Assembly: GCA_003212195.1 (NCBI GenBank)
Contig: QCQM01000001.1
Span: forward strand, 42,378 to 106,377
Reading direction: 5' to 3'
Length of the DNA stretch: 64,000 nt
Origin: Prochlorococcus sp. AG-449-O05
GTDB taxonomy: Bacteria > Cyanobacteriota > Cyanobacteriia > PCC-6307 > Cyanobiaceae
Within the stretch, counting starts at the first letter, position 1, and the number at the start of each line of letters is the position of its first letter. The notes under the pieces were generated by a model that was given only the letters and a program-made list of their open reading frames with translations, searched no databases and had not been told where the DNA came from. A program made the position numbers and the translations under genes. This document shows positions 11,268-21,929 of the stretch, one piece after another.

Positions 11268-11402
11268 TAAAGAAATTCAATATTTAATATAAATTTTAAG
11301 CTTAATTAAATATTTTTGCCTCATTTAGAAATGTAATGTCAGAAATGTATTCAAAAAATCTTTAAATAGATTTCAAATATACAAATAAATATTAATAGTC
11401 CT

Positions 11403-12578
11403 TTATAAAATACCTAGCTTATGTAAAGGTCCAGTGCCTGAAATAAGTTCAATAAAAAGCACAAGAAATATAATCATTGCAACCCTTCCGTTCCACACCT
11501 CTGAACTATTATTCCAACCCCATTGCCATTTCTCCTGGGGATAAAGTTTAACCTTTTCAGGCAATTTTGAAGCCTCCTCAATATTAATTATAGGCCCTTC
11601 CAAACAGTCAATCACAAGATCACTAAGACCTTCAATAAAAGTAGGATGAGTATTTAGAGCTTTAACTCTCCGAAAGTTTTTAATACCAGCCTGTTCGGCA
11701 ATTTCTTTATATTCAATATCAATTTCTTGCAATGTTTCAATATGCTCTCCGACGAAACTTATGGGAACCACAATAAGATCACAAACATTTGACCTTCCAA
11801 GATCAGCTAACACTTCTTCTGTATAAGGCTTCAACCATTCAACAGGGCCGACTCTACTTTGATAAGAAAGCGTATACGGGTTACTATGCCCTAAAGATTT
11901 TTCTAACTCATTAATTATTAATAAAGAACAATCTTCAATTTGTTGTTTATAAGGGTCTCCAGCTTCCTCTACGTAACTCTTAGGAACTCCATGAGCAGTA
12001 AAAAATATATGAGCTTTAGAAGGTGAATCACAAAGTGAAATTTTTTCAGAAATTAATTCGACCATTGACTTTAAATAACCTGATTGACTAAACCAACTCC
12101 TTACACATCTCATTGGAATCTTCTTAAATTCATCATCAGAATCACGCAATTTTTTTAATTCTCTAAAGCTCGAACCACTAGTACTTATCGAAAAATGTGG
12201 ATACAAAGGTATTACAACAACTTGTTTTATACCATCTGCTTTCATATCAGCAATAGCTGATTCGGTAAAAGGATGCCAATACCTCATAGCAATATAGGTA
12301 GTAGCATTAAACCCCTTATCCCTTAATTTAGATTGCAATTCTCTTGCTTGTTGTTCAGTTATCCTTCTGATAGGTGAACCTCCACCTATAGAAAGATAGG
12401 CCTGTTGAGAAGTAGTACTTCTAAGAGTACTAATTAACCAGGCTAGAGGCTTTTGAAAAACAGGAAAAGGAGTCCTGATTATCTCAGGATCAGAAAAAAG
12501 ATTGTATAAGAATGGACCTACATCAGTAATGCGTTCAGGCCCTCCTAAATTCATTAGTAAGACGCCTATTTTATCCAT
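11403..12578 (-). CDS. hemH: Ferrochelatase with C-terminal CAB-like helix
   Basis: [26 protein letters not shown] and EHIETL; C-terminal EVWNGRVAM. Confidence 0.96.
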   Translation of the reverse strand: MDKIGVLLMNLGGPERITDVGPFLYNLFSDPEIIRTPFPVFQKPLAWLISTLRSTTSQQAYLSIGGGSPIRRITEQQARELQSKLRDKGFNATTYIAMRYWHPFTESAIADMKADGIKQVVVIPLYPHFSISTSGSSFRELKKLRDSDDEFKKIPMRCVRSWFSQSGYLKSMVELISEKISLCDSPSKAHIFFTAHGVPKSYVEEAGDPYKQQIEDCSLLIINELEKSLGHSNPYTLSYQSRVGPVEWLKPYTEEVLADLGRSNVCDLIVVPISFVGEHIETLQEIDIEYKEIAEQAGIKNFRRVKALNTHPTFIEGLSDLVIDCLEGPIINIEEASKLPEKVKLYPQEKWQWGWNNSSEVWNGRVAMIIFLVLFIELISGTGPLHKLGIL

Positions 12579-12643
12579 TTAAAATTTATGGAGATTGAAA
12601 AGCAACATTAAAAACGTCATTATATGGTCAATTATATAAGTAA

Positions 12644-13813
12644 ATGAACGTAATTCAGGAAATTAATAACTTCAATGATAAATTTGCTACTCAAGGCAGC
12701 AAGCTTAAAATTGAGAAAAGAGGACAGAAGTTAAATATTCGTGGTTCACTCCCCTCCAAAGAAGATAAAAATAGCTTTAAAATTCAGAGAATATCTCTTG
12801 GTTTAAAGGCTGATATTTCTGGATTAGAGGAGGCTAAAAAAAAATTACAATTAATCAATTTGCAATTGGAATTGAAGCAATTTGATTGGATTAATTGGAT
12901 AGGCAAACCTCATAAAAAGGAAATAAAAAATGTTTTTGAATTCCCAAATAAATTAAATCAATTTGAAGAATATTTTTTTAAAGAAAACAAAACTGATTTT
13001 CGAAGCAGCACTAGAAAAACTACCTGGAGAAGTTCTTACAAACCATATATGAAAAGAATCCTAAATATCTACAATGAATATGAGAATGAAGCTTTAGAAA
13101 AAATATTTCAAAAAACACTTAAAAGTTACAAAGAAGGTAGCAGAAGTAGGAAACAATGCGCAACTTCTCTAAGCGTTTTGGCAAAGTTTTTGGACATTAA
13201 ACTACCAGATGATTGGAAATTAAATTCTAGGGGATATGGCCTGAAAAAAGCAGGATTTAGGGATCTCCCTACAGACGAGTTAATAGAGAAACTTTGGGAG
13301 ACGATACCAAACAAATCTTGGAAATTTGTTTTTGGTTTGATGGCTACATATGGATTAAGGAATCATGAAGTATTTTTTTGTGATTTAAGTTCTCTTACTA
13401 ATTTTGGGGACAAAATTATTAGAGTTTTACCTACGACTAAAACAGGGGAACATCAAGTTTGGCCATTTCATCCTGAATGGGTAGAAAAGTTCGAATTATC
13501 AAAAATTGGTGAAAATCCAGATTTACTACCAAATATTAATAGAGACCTTAAAAACACAACCTTACAGAATATTGGAAAAAAAATAACTGATCAGTTTAAG
13601 CGTTACTCTTTACAAATAAAACCTTATGATTTGAGGCATGCTTGGGCAGTAAGAACAATTTTTTATGATTTACCTGATACTGTGGCTGCCAGAATGATGG
13701 GACATTCGGTTAGTTTACATACTCAAACTTATCATCACTGGATAACTAAAAGAGATCAACAACAGGCAGTAAATAATGCACTTTTAAAAGTTAAAAGAGC
13801 TAAAAATATTTAA
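12644..13813 (+). CDS. Tyrosine recombinase / site-specific integrase
   Basis: ATYGLRNHE (Arg), TKTG (Lys), YDLRHAWAVR, MMGHS and HTQTYHHW (Tyr). Confidence 0.9.
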   Translation: MNVIQEINNFNDKFATQGSKLKIEKRGQKLNIRGSLPSKEDKNSFKIQRISLGLKADISGLEEAKKKLQLINLQLELKQFDWINWIGKPHKKEIKNVFEFPNKLNQFEEYFFKENKTDFRSSTRKTTWRSSYKPYMKRILNIYNEYENEALEKIFQKTLKSYKEGSRSRKQCATSLSVLAKFLDIKLPDDWKLNSRGYGLKKAGFRDLPTDELIEKLWETIPNKSWKFVFGLMATYGLRNHEVFFCDLSSLTNFGDKIIRVLPTTKTGEHQVWPFHPEWVEKFELSKIGENPDLLPNINRDLKNTTLQNIGKKITDQFKRYSLQIKPYDLRHAWAVRTIFYDLPDTVAARMMGHSVSLHTQTYHHWITKRDQQQAVNNALLKVKRAKNI

Positions 13814-13847
13814 AGATTTATAATCATAAAATAAAAATTAGGGTCAT

Positions 13848-14540
13848 ATGCAAGAAAAAACTCCATCTTCCGAGAAAATATTTAACCTCGATAATCAAGC
13901 AAATAAGTTAGGAATGGGAGGGAAACTATCACCAGATAGCGATGAGACCTCATATAAAAAAAGAATGCAGCGAAGAAAAGATATTCAAAACGAAAGACTA
14001 CAAATTAGAAAAACAAAAAAAGGATTATTGATTGTATTTACTGGGAATGGTAAGGGGAAGACAACTGCATCATTAGGTATGGCTTTAAGGACTATAGGGC
14101 ATGGCTATAAAGTAGCAATAATTCAATTTATCAAGGGAGGCTGGACCACTGGAGAAGAAAAAGCACTTAAAAATTTGTCTTCAAACATATCTTGGCATTC
14201 ATTAGGAGAGGGATTTACTTGGGAAACACAAGACAGAATAAGAGATGAACAATTAGTTCAAGAGGCATGGCAACTAGCCAAAAAATACATAATGAACGAA
14301 TCTTATAAACTTATCATTCTTGATGAAATTAATATTGCTACAAAACTTGGTTATCTTGCTCCAGAAGAAATAATCACTTTTTTAAAAAGCTTAAATAATA
14401 GAAAAAATCATGTGGTTTTAACTGGAAGGGGAGCATCTGATTTAATTATCAATTACGCTGATTTAGTCACAGAAATGGAACTAATAAGACATCCATTTAA
14501 AGAACAAGGAATAAAAGCACAAAAGTGCGTTGAGTACTAA
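13848..14540 (+). CDS. cobO: Cob(I)yrinic acid a,c-diamide adenosyltransferase
   Basis: FTGNGKGKTTA, QFIKG, ILDEI and VLTGRGA. Confidence 0.95.
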   Translation: MQEKTPSSEKIFNLDNQANKLGMGGKLSPDSDETSYKKRMQRRKDIQNERLQIRKTKKGLLIVFTGNGKGKTTASLGMALRTIGHGYKVAIIQFIKGGWTTGEEKALKNLSSNISWHSLGEGFTWETQDRIRDEQLVQEAWQLAKKYIMNESYKLIILDEINIATKLGYLAPEEIITFLKSLNNRKNHVVLTGRGASDLIINYADLVTEMELIRHPFKEQGIKAQKCVEY

Positions 14541-14664
14541 ATTAAACAAATTTTCATGTTATTTCTTCAGGCTGGTTTAGAAATGTTTAAAGACGCAAGC
14601 AATATTTGAAAAAAAATAAATTTGGTACTTTTACTTGCTAATGTCTTAAGGGTACGATTATTGA

Positions 14665-15369
14665 ATGACTTACAAAAGAGTTCTCTTAAAACTTAGTGGT
14701 GAAGCACTTATGGGTGAAAAACCTTATGGTATTGATCCTGCCATAGTCCAGTCAATTGCAGAAGACGTTTCAAAAGTAATAGAAAATAATGTACAACTTG
14801 CAATAGTTGTTGGAGGTGGGAACATTTTTAGGGGACTTAAAGGGTCTGCAGATGGAATGGATCGCGCGACTGCTGATTATGTAGGGATGCTAGCAACAGT
14901 AATGAACGCGATTTCACTGCAAGACGGCTTAGAGAGAGTAGGAGTTGCAACCAGAGTGCAAACAGCAATCGAAATGCAGGAAATTGCAGAACCCTATATT
15001 AGAAGAAGAGCCATGAGGCACCTAGAAAAAGGTAGAGTTGTAGTCTTCGGAGGTGGATGCGGAAATCCATTTTTCACAACTGATACTACAGCAGCTTTAA
15101 GGGCAGCTGAGATAAACGCTGAAGTTGTTATGAAGGCTACTAAAGTAGATGGGGTATATGATCGTGATCCTAATCAATTTAAAGATGCAAAAAAATATTC
15201 CTCTCTCAGTTATCAACAAGTTCTTAGTGATGAAATTGCAGTAATGGACAGTACTGCGATTGCACTTTGCAAAGATAATAATATCCCAATTATGGTTTTT
15301 GATATATTCAAAAAAGGGAACATTTCTAAAGCTGTTGCTGGTGAGCCAATAGGCTCTCTAATTAGTTAA
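14665..15369 (+). CDS. pyrH: UMP kinase
   Basis: [17 protein letters not shown] and NPFFTTDT. Confidence 0.97.
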   Translation: MTYKRVLLKLSGEALMGEKPYGIDPAIVQSIAEDVSKVIENNVQLAIVVGGGNIFRGLKGSADGMDRATADYVGMLATVMNAISLQDGLERVGVATRVQTAIEMQEIAEPYIRRRAMRHLEKGRVVVFGGGCGNPFFTTDTTAALRAAEINAEVVMKATKVDGVYDRDPNQFKDAKKYSSLSYQQVLSDEIAVMDSTAIALCKDNNIPIMVFDIFKKGNISKAVAGEPIGSLIS

Positions 15370-15392
15370 AGATCATTTAATTTTTTTTAATT

Positions 15393-15941
15393 ATGAAAGA
15401 AAAAGAAATTCAAGAAAATATGAATAAAAGTATTGAAGCCACACAAAGAAACTTTAATACAATTAGGACAGGCAGAGCTAATGCTTCATTATTAGACAGA
15501 GTAAGTGTTGAGTACTACGGAGCAGAAACACCAATCAAATCACTTGCCACAATAAACACAGTTGATTCACAAACAATTTCAATACAACCTTTTGATATTT
15601 CATGTTTACAAGCGATAGAGAAATCTATTTCTATGAGTGATTTAGGTATTACTCCAAATAATGATGGCAAAGTAATAAGAATAAATGTTCCTCCTTTAAC
15701 AGAAGAAAGAAGAAAAGAATTTTGTAAATTAGCTTCTAAATATGCAGAGGAAGGAAAAGTAGCCTTGAGAAATATTAGAAGAGATGCTGTTGATAAAGAA
15801 AAAAAAGATGAAAAAGATGGTCTTATTTCTATTGACGAATCGAGAGATAATCAATCTGAAATTCAGAAAATTACTGATAAATATATTGCTTTAATAGATA
15901 CTAAATTGTCTGAAAAAGAGAAGGAAATTCTAAAAGTTTGA
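15393..15941 (+). CDS. frr: Ribosome recycling factor
   Basis: [15 protein letters not shown] and RNIRRDA; follows pyrH. Confidence 0.97.
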   Translation: MKEKEIQENMNKSIEATQRNFNTIRTGRANASLLDRVSVEYYGAETPIKSLATINTVDSQTISIQPFDISCLQAIEKSISMSDLGITPNNDGKVIRINVPPLTEERRKEFCKLASKYAEEGKVALRNIRRDAVDKEKKDEKDGLISIDESRDNQSEIQKITDKYIALIDTKLSEKEKEILKV

Positions 15942-17071
15942 CAGAATTTGATGTTGTAATAATCGGAGGAGGTTTATCAGGATCTTCTACTGCTCTTAAC
16001 CTATCAAAGAAAGGATATTCTGTTTTAATTATTGAAAAAGAAAAATTCCAAGATTACAAACCCTGTGCAGGTGGGATGGCATCTTCAATGCAAAGATTTC
16101 TTCCTCTAAATATAGAAGATTCCATAGAATCAAAAATTAAGAATGTTGAATTCAGATGGCAGGCTGCAGATAATGTGTCTGCTGATCTCACGGGTGAATC
16201 CCCATTTTGGATTATTAAAAGAGAAAAACTTGATCAATTATTGCTTGATGAGTCCTTGAGTAATGGAGTTCGGATAATGAGACCATTATTGATAGAAAAA
16301 ATCATAAAAAAAAATGATAAATGGGAAATCAACTGCAATAACAAAGCAAAGTACACATCAGAATTTCTCGTTATTGCCGATGGGTCCCAATCCAAATGGG
16401 CAGGATATTTCAATTTAGGGCCAAAAAAACCAAGATTTGCGAATACAATTTCACTTAGATTGAAAGGGTTAGGTGATATACCGAGAGATGCAGTTAGATT
16501 TGAGTTTGGATTTATAAAATATGGGTTTGCATGGGCTTTCCCCCTAAGAGAAAGCTTAAATATTGGTTTAGGTACTTTTATAAATAATGGTCTCTTGGAA
16601 AATCAGGCTATAAATAAAAAAGTAATCAGAAGCTTCGGTTTTGATGATTTTCCTCATAAAACAATTAGTAAGAAACTAAGAATATGGAATGGGTTCCACT
16701 CTATCAATAGTGACAAAGTTTTAGCTGTTGGAGATGCAGCATCTCTATGTGATCCATTTTTAGCTGAAGGAATTAGACCATCTTTAATTAGCAGTTTTTA
16801 TGCTGCAGAATACATAGATCAGTGCATATCAGGAAGAGTAGATGATTTAAATCTTTATACAAAAAAAATTAACAACATTTGGGGGGAATCAATGGCTTGG
16901 GGGAGGAGAATAGCCCAGGTGTTTTATAGATTTCCCAGAACTGGATACCAATTGGGCGTAAAAAGAAAAACAGCCCCTAAACGTATTGCACAAATATTAT
17001 CAGGAGAAATGAGTTATGAAGATATTGCAAAAAGAGTTATTAAAAGACTTTTAACAAATAGTGGGACTTGA
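15938..17071 (+). CDS. Geranylgeranyl reductase-family FAD-dependent oxidoreductase
   Basis: IGGGLSG, KPCAGG, ADG, WAFP and VGDAA..AEGI; TTG start overlaps the frr stop. Confidence 0.85.
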   Translation: MTEFDVVIIGGGLSGSSTALNLSKKGYSVLIIEKEKFQDYKPCAGGMASSMQRFLPLNIEDSIESKIKNVEFRWQAADNVSADLTGESPFWIIKREKLDQLLLDESLSNGVRIMRPLLIEKIIKKNDKWEINCNNKAKYTSEFLVIADGSQSKWAGYFNLGPKKPRFANTISLRLKGLGDIPRDAVRFEFGFIKYGFAWAFPLRESLNIGLGTFINNGLLENQAINKKVIRSFGFDDFPHKTISKKLRIWNGFHSINSDKVLAVGDAASLCDPFLAEGIRPSLISSFYAAEYIDQCISGRVDDLNLYTKKINNIWGESMAWGRRIAQVFYRFPRTGYQLGVKRKTAPKRIAQILSGEMSYEDIAKRVIKRLLTNSGT

Positions 17072-17094
17072 TTTTTTTTAATTCAAACTTAAAT

Positions 17095-18096
17095 TTAGTT
17101 AGCAGAAATTAATTTATGATTTTTAATTTCTGAATATCTCTTATATAGCAGCTCTTCCAATTCTTCTATAGCCATACTAAATCCAGTGATACCTTCACTA
17201 AGCTTCTCACTAGCCATTTGATCTTCTAACATACTTAATCTGAAATCTTTTTCTTGAAATTCGTAGTCAATAGAATTATTTATTTGGGTACTTACATCTA
17301 ATTTTCTTATTAACTCTCCTTTTTCTTTTTTCAGTTCCTCAAGGAATTTTGGTGCGATTGTTAAAAGATCGCAACCTGCTAATTCTTTTATTTCATCAAG
17401 ATTTCTAAAACTTGCTCCCATCACTTCTGTCTTGAATCCCTTTTCTTTAAAGTACTTGTAAATTTGTGTAACCGAAATAACACCCGGGTCTTCAGAACCA
17501 ACGAAACTAGTTTTACCAGTTTTTGCTTTATGCCAATCCAATATACGGCCAACGAATGGTGAAATTAGAGTTATATTTGCATTGGCACAACTTACCGCTT
17601 GGCAGAAGTTAAAAAGTAAAGTTAAATTGCATTTAACACCCTCTTTTTCCAGAATTTCAGCTGCCTTAATTCCCTCCCAAGTTGCGGCAATCTTAATCAA
17701 AATTCTTTCCTTTTCAATTCCAAAATTTTTGTAAAGCTTGATTAATTTTCTCGCTTTTTCTACCGTAGCTTCAGTGTCAAAACTCAATCTTGCATCAACT
17801 TCTGTAGATACTCGCCCTGAAATAATATTCAATATTTCTTTTCCAAAAAATACTGAAACTTGGTCGACAGTTTCTTTAATTAATTCAATTTCAGAGAATC
17901 CTTGGGGCAAGGAATTTTCTGAACTTTCTAAAGCTTTATCAATTAATTTCACATAATCAGGATTCTTAGCAGCAGCAAGTATTAGAGATGGATTGGTGGT
18001 GGCGTCCCTTGGTTGAAATTTTTTTATCGAATCTAAATCTCCAGTATCAGCAACAACAACGGTCATTGAGGACAATTGTTCTAAAATTGATTTCAT
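17095..18096 (-). CDS. tal: Transaldolase
   Basis: [28 protein letters not shown] and SPFVGRI. Confidence 0.96.
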   Translation of the reverse strand: MKSILEQLSSMTVVVADTGDLDSIKKFQPRDATTNPSLILAAAKNPDYVKLIDKALESSENSLPQGFSEIELIKETVDQVSVFFGKEILNIISGRVSTEVDARLSFDTEATVEKARKLIKLYKNFGIEKERILIKIAATWEGIKAAEILEKEGVKCNLTLLFNFCQAVSCANANITLISPFVGRILDWHKAKTGKTSFVGSEDPGVISVTQIYKYFKEKGFKTEVMGASFRNLDEIKELAGCDLLTIAPKFLEELKKEKGELIRKLDVSTQINNSIDYEFQEKDFRLSMLEDQMASEKLSEGITGFSMAIEELEELLYKRYSEIKNHKLISAN

Positions 18097-18186
18097 GTCT
18101 ATCTAATCATATATATACACAAACTAGCTTTAATTCCCAATGAAATCATCAGATAGTGAACTAAATATTTATAAAATTAGAAAATT

Positions 18187-19938
18187 TTAGGGTTTTTTAA
18201 CAATCATTCCGTGATCTTTAATGTTAGGAGGTATTTTTTCAATTACTATCAAACTCTCGATAATTTCTTTCGCAACTGGTACTGCGACAGTTGAACCATA
18301 TGCATATGATTTAGTTGGCTCATCAACCACTACAAGAACAGCATATTTTGGATTATCAACTGGTAAGGTCGCAACAAAACTACAAACTTTTTTGCTTGTA
18401 TAAGAACCATTTAAGGCTTTTTGAGAAGTGCCAGTTTTCCCAGCTATCCTATAACCCTCGATTTTTACTCCAGATCCACTACCTTTATCAACTACGCTTT
18501 CCATCCATTCAAGAACAATTTTGGAAACTCCATTTGAAAAAATTTGTTTTTTTGGATTTTTATTTAATCTTTCTTTGAAATTTGATGTTACATGAGGAGT
18601 TACTTCAAACCCCCCATTTGCTAAAGCCGCATGAAGTTGAACCAATTTAAGTGGCGAGATTGAGAAACCTTTACCAAAAGAAGTTACGGCAGGCTCAATT
18701 GATTGATTTACAAATAAATCTTTTCTCTTTAGTTGGCCAGCAGTTGATTCAAATAAGTCAGTCTCTAAATTTTTATTTATACCTAAATTTTTTAACCAAT
18801 CCCAATAAATTGAAGGGTCTAAATTTTGCATTATTTTTACCATCCCAACATTACTTGAAACCTGCAAAACTTTTGGATAGTCAATGTATCCATTAGCTTT
18901 TTTATCCCAATTAGAAAGTGTCCATCCTCCAACATTAATCTTTCCCATATCTTCAACTACTCCATCTTTCTGGATTACTTTTTCTTCTAAAGCTAAGGCA
19001 AGATTAATAGGTTTAAAAGTTGAACCAGGCTCAAATAAATCTTGAGAATACCAACCCTTAAAAAGTTCAGAATCATACTGCCAAAATTTATTTGGATCAT
19101 ATGACGGGACTGTCACCAAGGAGAGAATCCGACCATTATTTACATCCATAACTATGGCAAATCCTTTCTTTGCTTTCCATTTTTCTACTTGCTTTGATAA
19201 TGAATTAAATGATGCTTTCTGTAATTTTGAATCTATAGTTAGGCCTAAACTTCTGTAATCAGTAATAAAATCACCAGGTGCTGAATTATCCGGAAGAGGA
19301 GTTCCATCTCCTCCTCTTTTTATTAAATTACTTTTATTAAATACCTTAATTTGACTATCTAAATGCAGCTCTAAACCTGCTGAAGCAATATTCTCATCAT
19401 TAACAAAACCGACAAGATTTGAGTAAATCTCCCCTTGTGGATAAAATCTCTGCGAATATTTAAACAAATCAAGTCCGCTTATTTGCAGTTTCTTAATCTT
19501 TTCTGCTTTTTCTTCAGAAATTTTATCAAAAAGCTTTATACCACTCATTTTATTATTAAATTTCCTCAACAGTATTTCATTATTAATATCCAAGATGGGT
19601 GACAATTTTCCTGTAACTTCTTCAATACTGCGAACTGTATTAATTGAATCCCCAGGAAAATTAAAATATTCTGGATGAGCCCATAATTTATAGAGAGGTT
19701 TATCGTAAGCAATTAATCTATTATTTCTATCAACAATTGATCTCCTTTTTTTTAAGGAGTTAGTTTTAGAAGACTGTATTAATCTAGCTTTACTTTGCAA
19801 ATCAGAGGCTTTAAAGACTTGCAATCTAACTAGCCTACCAAACAAAGAAAATATTAATAGTAAACAAAAAATATAAAGGAATTTAAATCTTCTTTGATCA
19901 AGGGGTGTAAGGCGAACAATTTTTTTGTATTTTTTCAT
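18187..19938 (-). CDS. ftsI: Class B penicillin-binding protein (FtsI/PBP3-type transpeptidase)
   Basis: N-terminal TM helix, EPGSTFK (SxxK), SSN and KTG. ATG 19938 preferred; TTG 19941 is an alternative. Confidence 0.9.
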   Translation of the reverse strand: MKKYKKIVRLTPLDQRRFKFLYIFCLLLIFSLFGRLVRLQVFKASDLQSKARLIQSSKTNSLKKRRSIVDRNNRLIAYDKPLYKLWAHPEYFNFPGDSINTVRSIEEVTGKLSPILDINNEILLRKFNNKMSGIKLFDKISEEKAEKIKKLQISGLDLFKYSQRFYPQGEIYSNLVGFVNDENIASAGLELHLDSQIKVFNKSNLIKRGGDGTPLPDNSAPGDFITDYRSLGLTIDSKLQKASFNSLSKQVEKWKAKKGFAIVMDVNNGRILSLVTVPSYDPNKFWQYDSELFKGWYSQDLFEPGSTFKPINLALALEEKVIQKDGVVEDMGKINVGGWTLSNWDKKANGYIDYPKVLQVSSNVGMVKIMQNLDPSIYWDWLKNLGINKNLETDLFESTAGQLKRKDLFVNQSIEPAVTSFGKGFSISPLKLVQLHAALANGGFEVTPHVTSNFKERLNKNPKKQIFSNGVSKIVLEWMESVVDKGSGSGVKIEGYRIAGKTGTSQKALNGSYTSKKVCSFVATLPVDNPKYAVLVVVDEPTKSYAYGSTVAVPVAKEIIESLIVIEKIPPNIKDHGMIVKKP

Positions 19939-20366
19939 CAATATCCCCTTTTATACTTGCTATCACTAAAACCTTCAATGAACGTACTTAAATTTTTATT
20001 AAATAAACTTTCTTTTTTTTCTGCAACTTTATCTAGATAGATTAAATCTTCAGGTTTAGTTTTTCTATAGATATTTAGAGACTCAAGTTCACTAATATAA
20101 TATTCCTCCATTTTAGAAATAAAATCAATGAGATTATTATTGATAGCTCTTGTTTTAGATAAGGTTTTAAATGTATTTGTCCATTTTCTTTGACTATCAA
20201 AAGATAAGAAAAATAAGGTGAAAATTAATACCAAAAGAGAGATATTAATGGTGTCGAAAATTTGATGTATTAATTTGATATTGATTATATTTATTTTTTC
20301 AGATTTTTTTTTACTTTCATATGAAACTTTTTTTTTAAAATTACGTTGATTCCCATAAGGTTTCAT
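19938..20366 (-). CDS. Single-TM hypothetical protein, possibly FtsL-like
   Basis: One hydrophobic helix followed by a helical segment; stop overlaps the ftsI start. Confidence 0.6.
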   Translation of the reverse strand: MKPYGNQRNFKKKVSYESKKKSEKINIINIKLIHQIFDTINISLLVLIFTLFFLSFDSQRKWTNTFKTLSKTRAINNNLIDFISKMEEYYISELESLNIYRKTKPEDLIYLDKVAEKKESLFNKNLSTFIEGFSDSKYKRGY

Positions 20367-20451
20367 CTATGATTTATTTTTTAAATGAAAGAAGTCTTAT
20401 TAATTAAATAAACATCTATTTGTTTGATTCGCAAGTAAAAAAATAAATTCT

Positions 20452-21813
20452 TTAGGTCCTCAATAAGAACAAATTTAAGAAAGTCAATCCATTCCATAAA
20501 GAATGCATAATAACTGAAGAGAGTAAACTTCCTGAAGCAACTCTTGTAATTCCTAATCCAATACCAAGAACAAATAATGGCGGCATTTCTCCCAAACTTA
20601 AATGAGCTAATGCAAAGATAAAAGCTGAAACAATGATGCCCGAAATTACTCCAAAATCTCTTGAAAGAGTTGGTAGTAAAATGCCACGAAATATAATCTC
20701 CTCAAATAAAGGAGCAAATAAAGTTGTTGTTACAAACAATAGAAAAAATGATAAGTAATTATTATTATTAAGAACAATTTCCAGCAAAGGGTTACTACCA
20801 TTCTGATTATCGATAAGACTATTCATAATTAAAGAAATCAGTAAAACAAAAGGAACAATTGTTAACCAACCTCTAATTCCCTGAATAATTGCATACTTTA
20901 TTGGCAAGAAATTGAACTGTAAATAATCCTCTTTATAATTAAATTCACCATTTAAAGATTTAATTTGATAAAAAACTATTCCTAATGGCGGAATAGCCAT
21001 AAAAAGATATCCAAAGAATATTTTTAAAGATTGAGACAATTCATTGGAGATATTTTTAGAAAAAAGTTCTACTAAACTGATAGAAAACAAAGGTGATACT
21101 ACTTCTCCTAAAACAACAAATCCACCTGCAATTAATAAAACCATATCTATTATTTCTAAATCTAAGGATTTAATTTCTTGCCAACCAAACTTTCTCAAAG
21201 ATATAGACGTCCATAATGTTTTTAAAGCCAGAATTGAGCCAAGAAGTATTGTTAAAAGTGGTATAAGTCTGATGGCTAATATTTTTAAAAACATTTTGCT
21301 TGAAAATGATTTTGTTATTAATGAACTATCATCAAAATCAAATTTCTGGCTTAAAATGTGATATAAAAATCTATCCCCTTTAAATAAATCAAATTTATCA
21401 GAATTTGTTTTATATGAATTATTATTAGATTTCTTTTCTATCTCATCAATCAGTAATTTAAAGTTTTTATTTTCAAAATCTTTGGATATATTTTTATAGA
21501 TTGTGGGTTCATTTGAATCTGATGTAATTATTCGAATTAATTTATTTCTCTCTGTTAGTTCATCAAATGAGACCTCAGAGAGCGATTTATTTATTTGATC
21601 AACAGGATCATTTATAATAAAAAATTTTTTAAGATTTATAGGTATTGATTGGACCGATAATTCAGCAATTTCCTGCTCTTTTTGACTTATATCAAATGAA
21701 ACAGATGGTCTATTTAAACTATCTCTTAACCCCTGCTGCCATACAAAAAAAGTTATGACTATAGAAATAAAAGCTAAAGAGAGTTTTGACTTAGAAATAT
21801 TTTTAAAGATCAT
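20452..21813 (-). CDS. CPBP/Abi-family intramembrane glutamic endopeptidase
   Basis: APLFEEIIFRG, FALAH and HSLWN motifs; many TM helices. Confidence 0.9.
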   Translation of the reverse strand: MIFKNISKSKLSLAFISIVITFFVWQQGLRDSLNRPSVSFDISQKEQEIAELSVQSIPINLKKFFIINDPVDQINKSLSEVSFDELTERNKLIRIITSDSNEPTIYKNISKDFENKNFKLLIDEIEKKSNNNSYKTNSDKFDLFKGDRFLYHILSQKFDFDDSSLITKSFSSKMFLKILAIRLIPLLTILLGSILALKTLWTSISLRKFGWQEIKSLDLEIIDMVLLIAGGFVVLGEVVSPLFSISLVELFSKNISNELSQSLKIFFGYLFMAIPPLGIVFYQIKSLNGEFNYKEDYLQFNFLPIKYAIIQGIRGWLTIVPFVLLISLIMNSLIDNQNGSNPLLEIVLNNNNYLSFFLLFVTTTLFAPLFEEIIFRGILLPTLSRDFGVISGIIVSAFIFALAHLSLGEMPPLFVLGIGLGITRVASGSLLSSVIMHSLWNGLTFLNLFLLRT

Positions 21814-21929
21814 AACTTATTATATTCTTGAAAACTAAACTTAGTTATCATTGAGGTTCATTATATTTGTGTATCCATTTTAATCACTACATGAGATGAT
21901 TAAATTATCTTAATTTTCAAATTTATATA

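Noticed and set aside
11279-11349. Inverted repeat AATATTTAAT/ATTAAATATT and direct repeat AGAAATGTA x2 upstream of ilvB
   Set aside because: Almost all A/T in a very AT-rich gap, so plausible by chance; no leader peptide or attenuator was seen
12579-13847. Integrase as the edge of a prophage or genomic island
   Set aside because: Housekeeping genes flank it closely; no cargo, tRNA target or att repeats were seen
14541-14664. Possible gene remnant between cobO and pyrH
   Set aside because: No translatable homology can be seen by eye; it would need a comparative alignment
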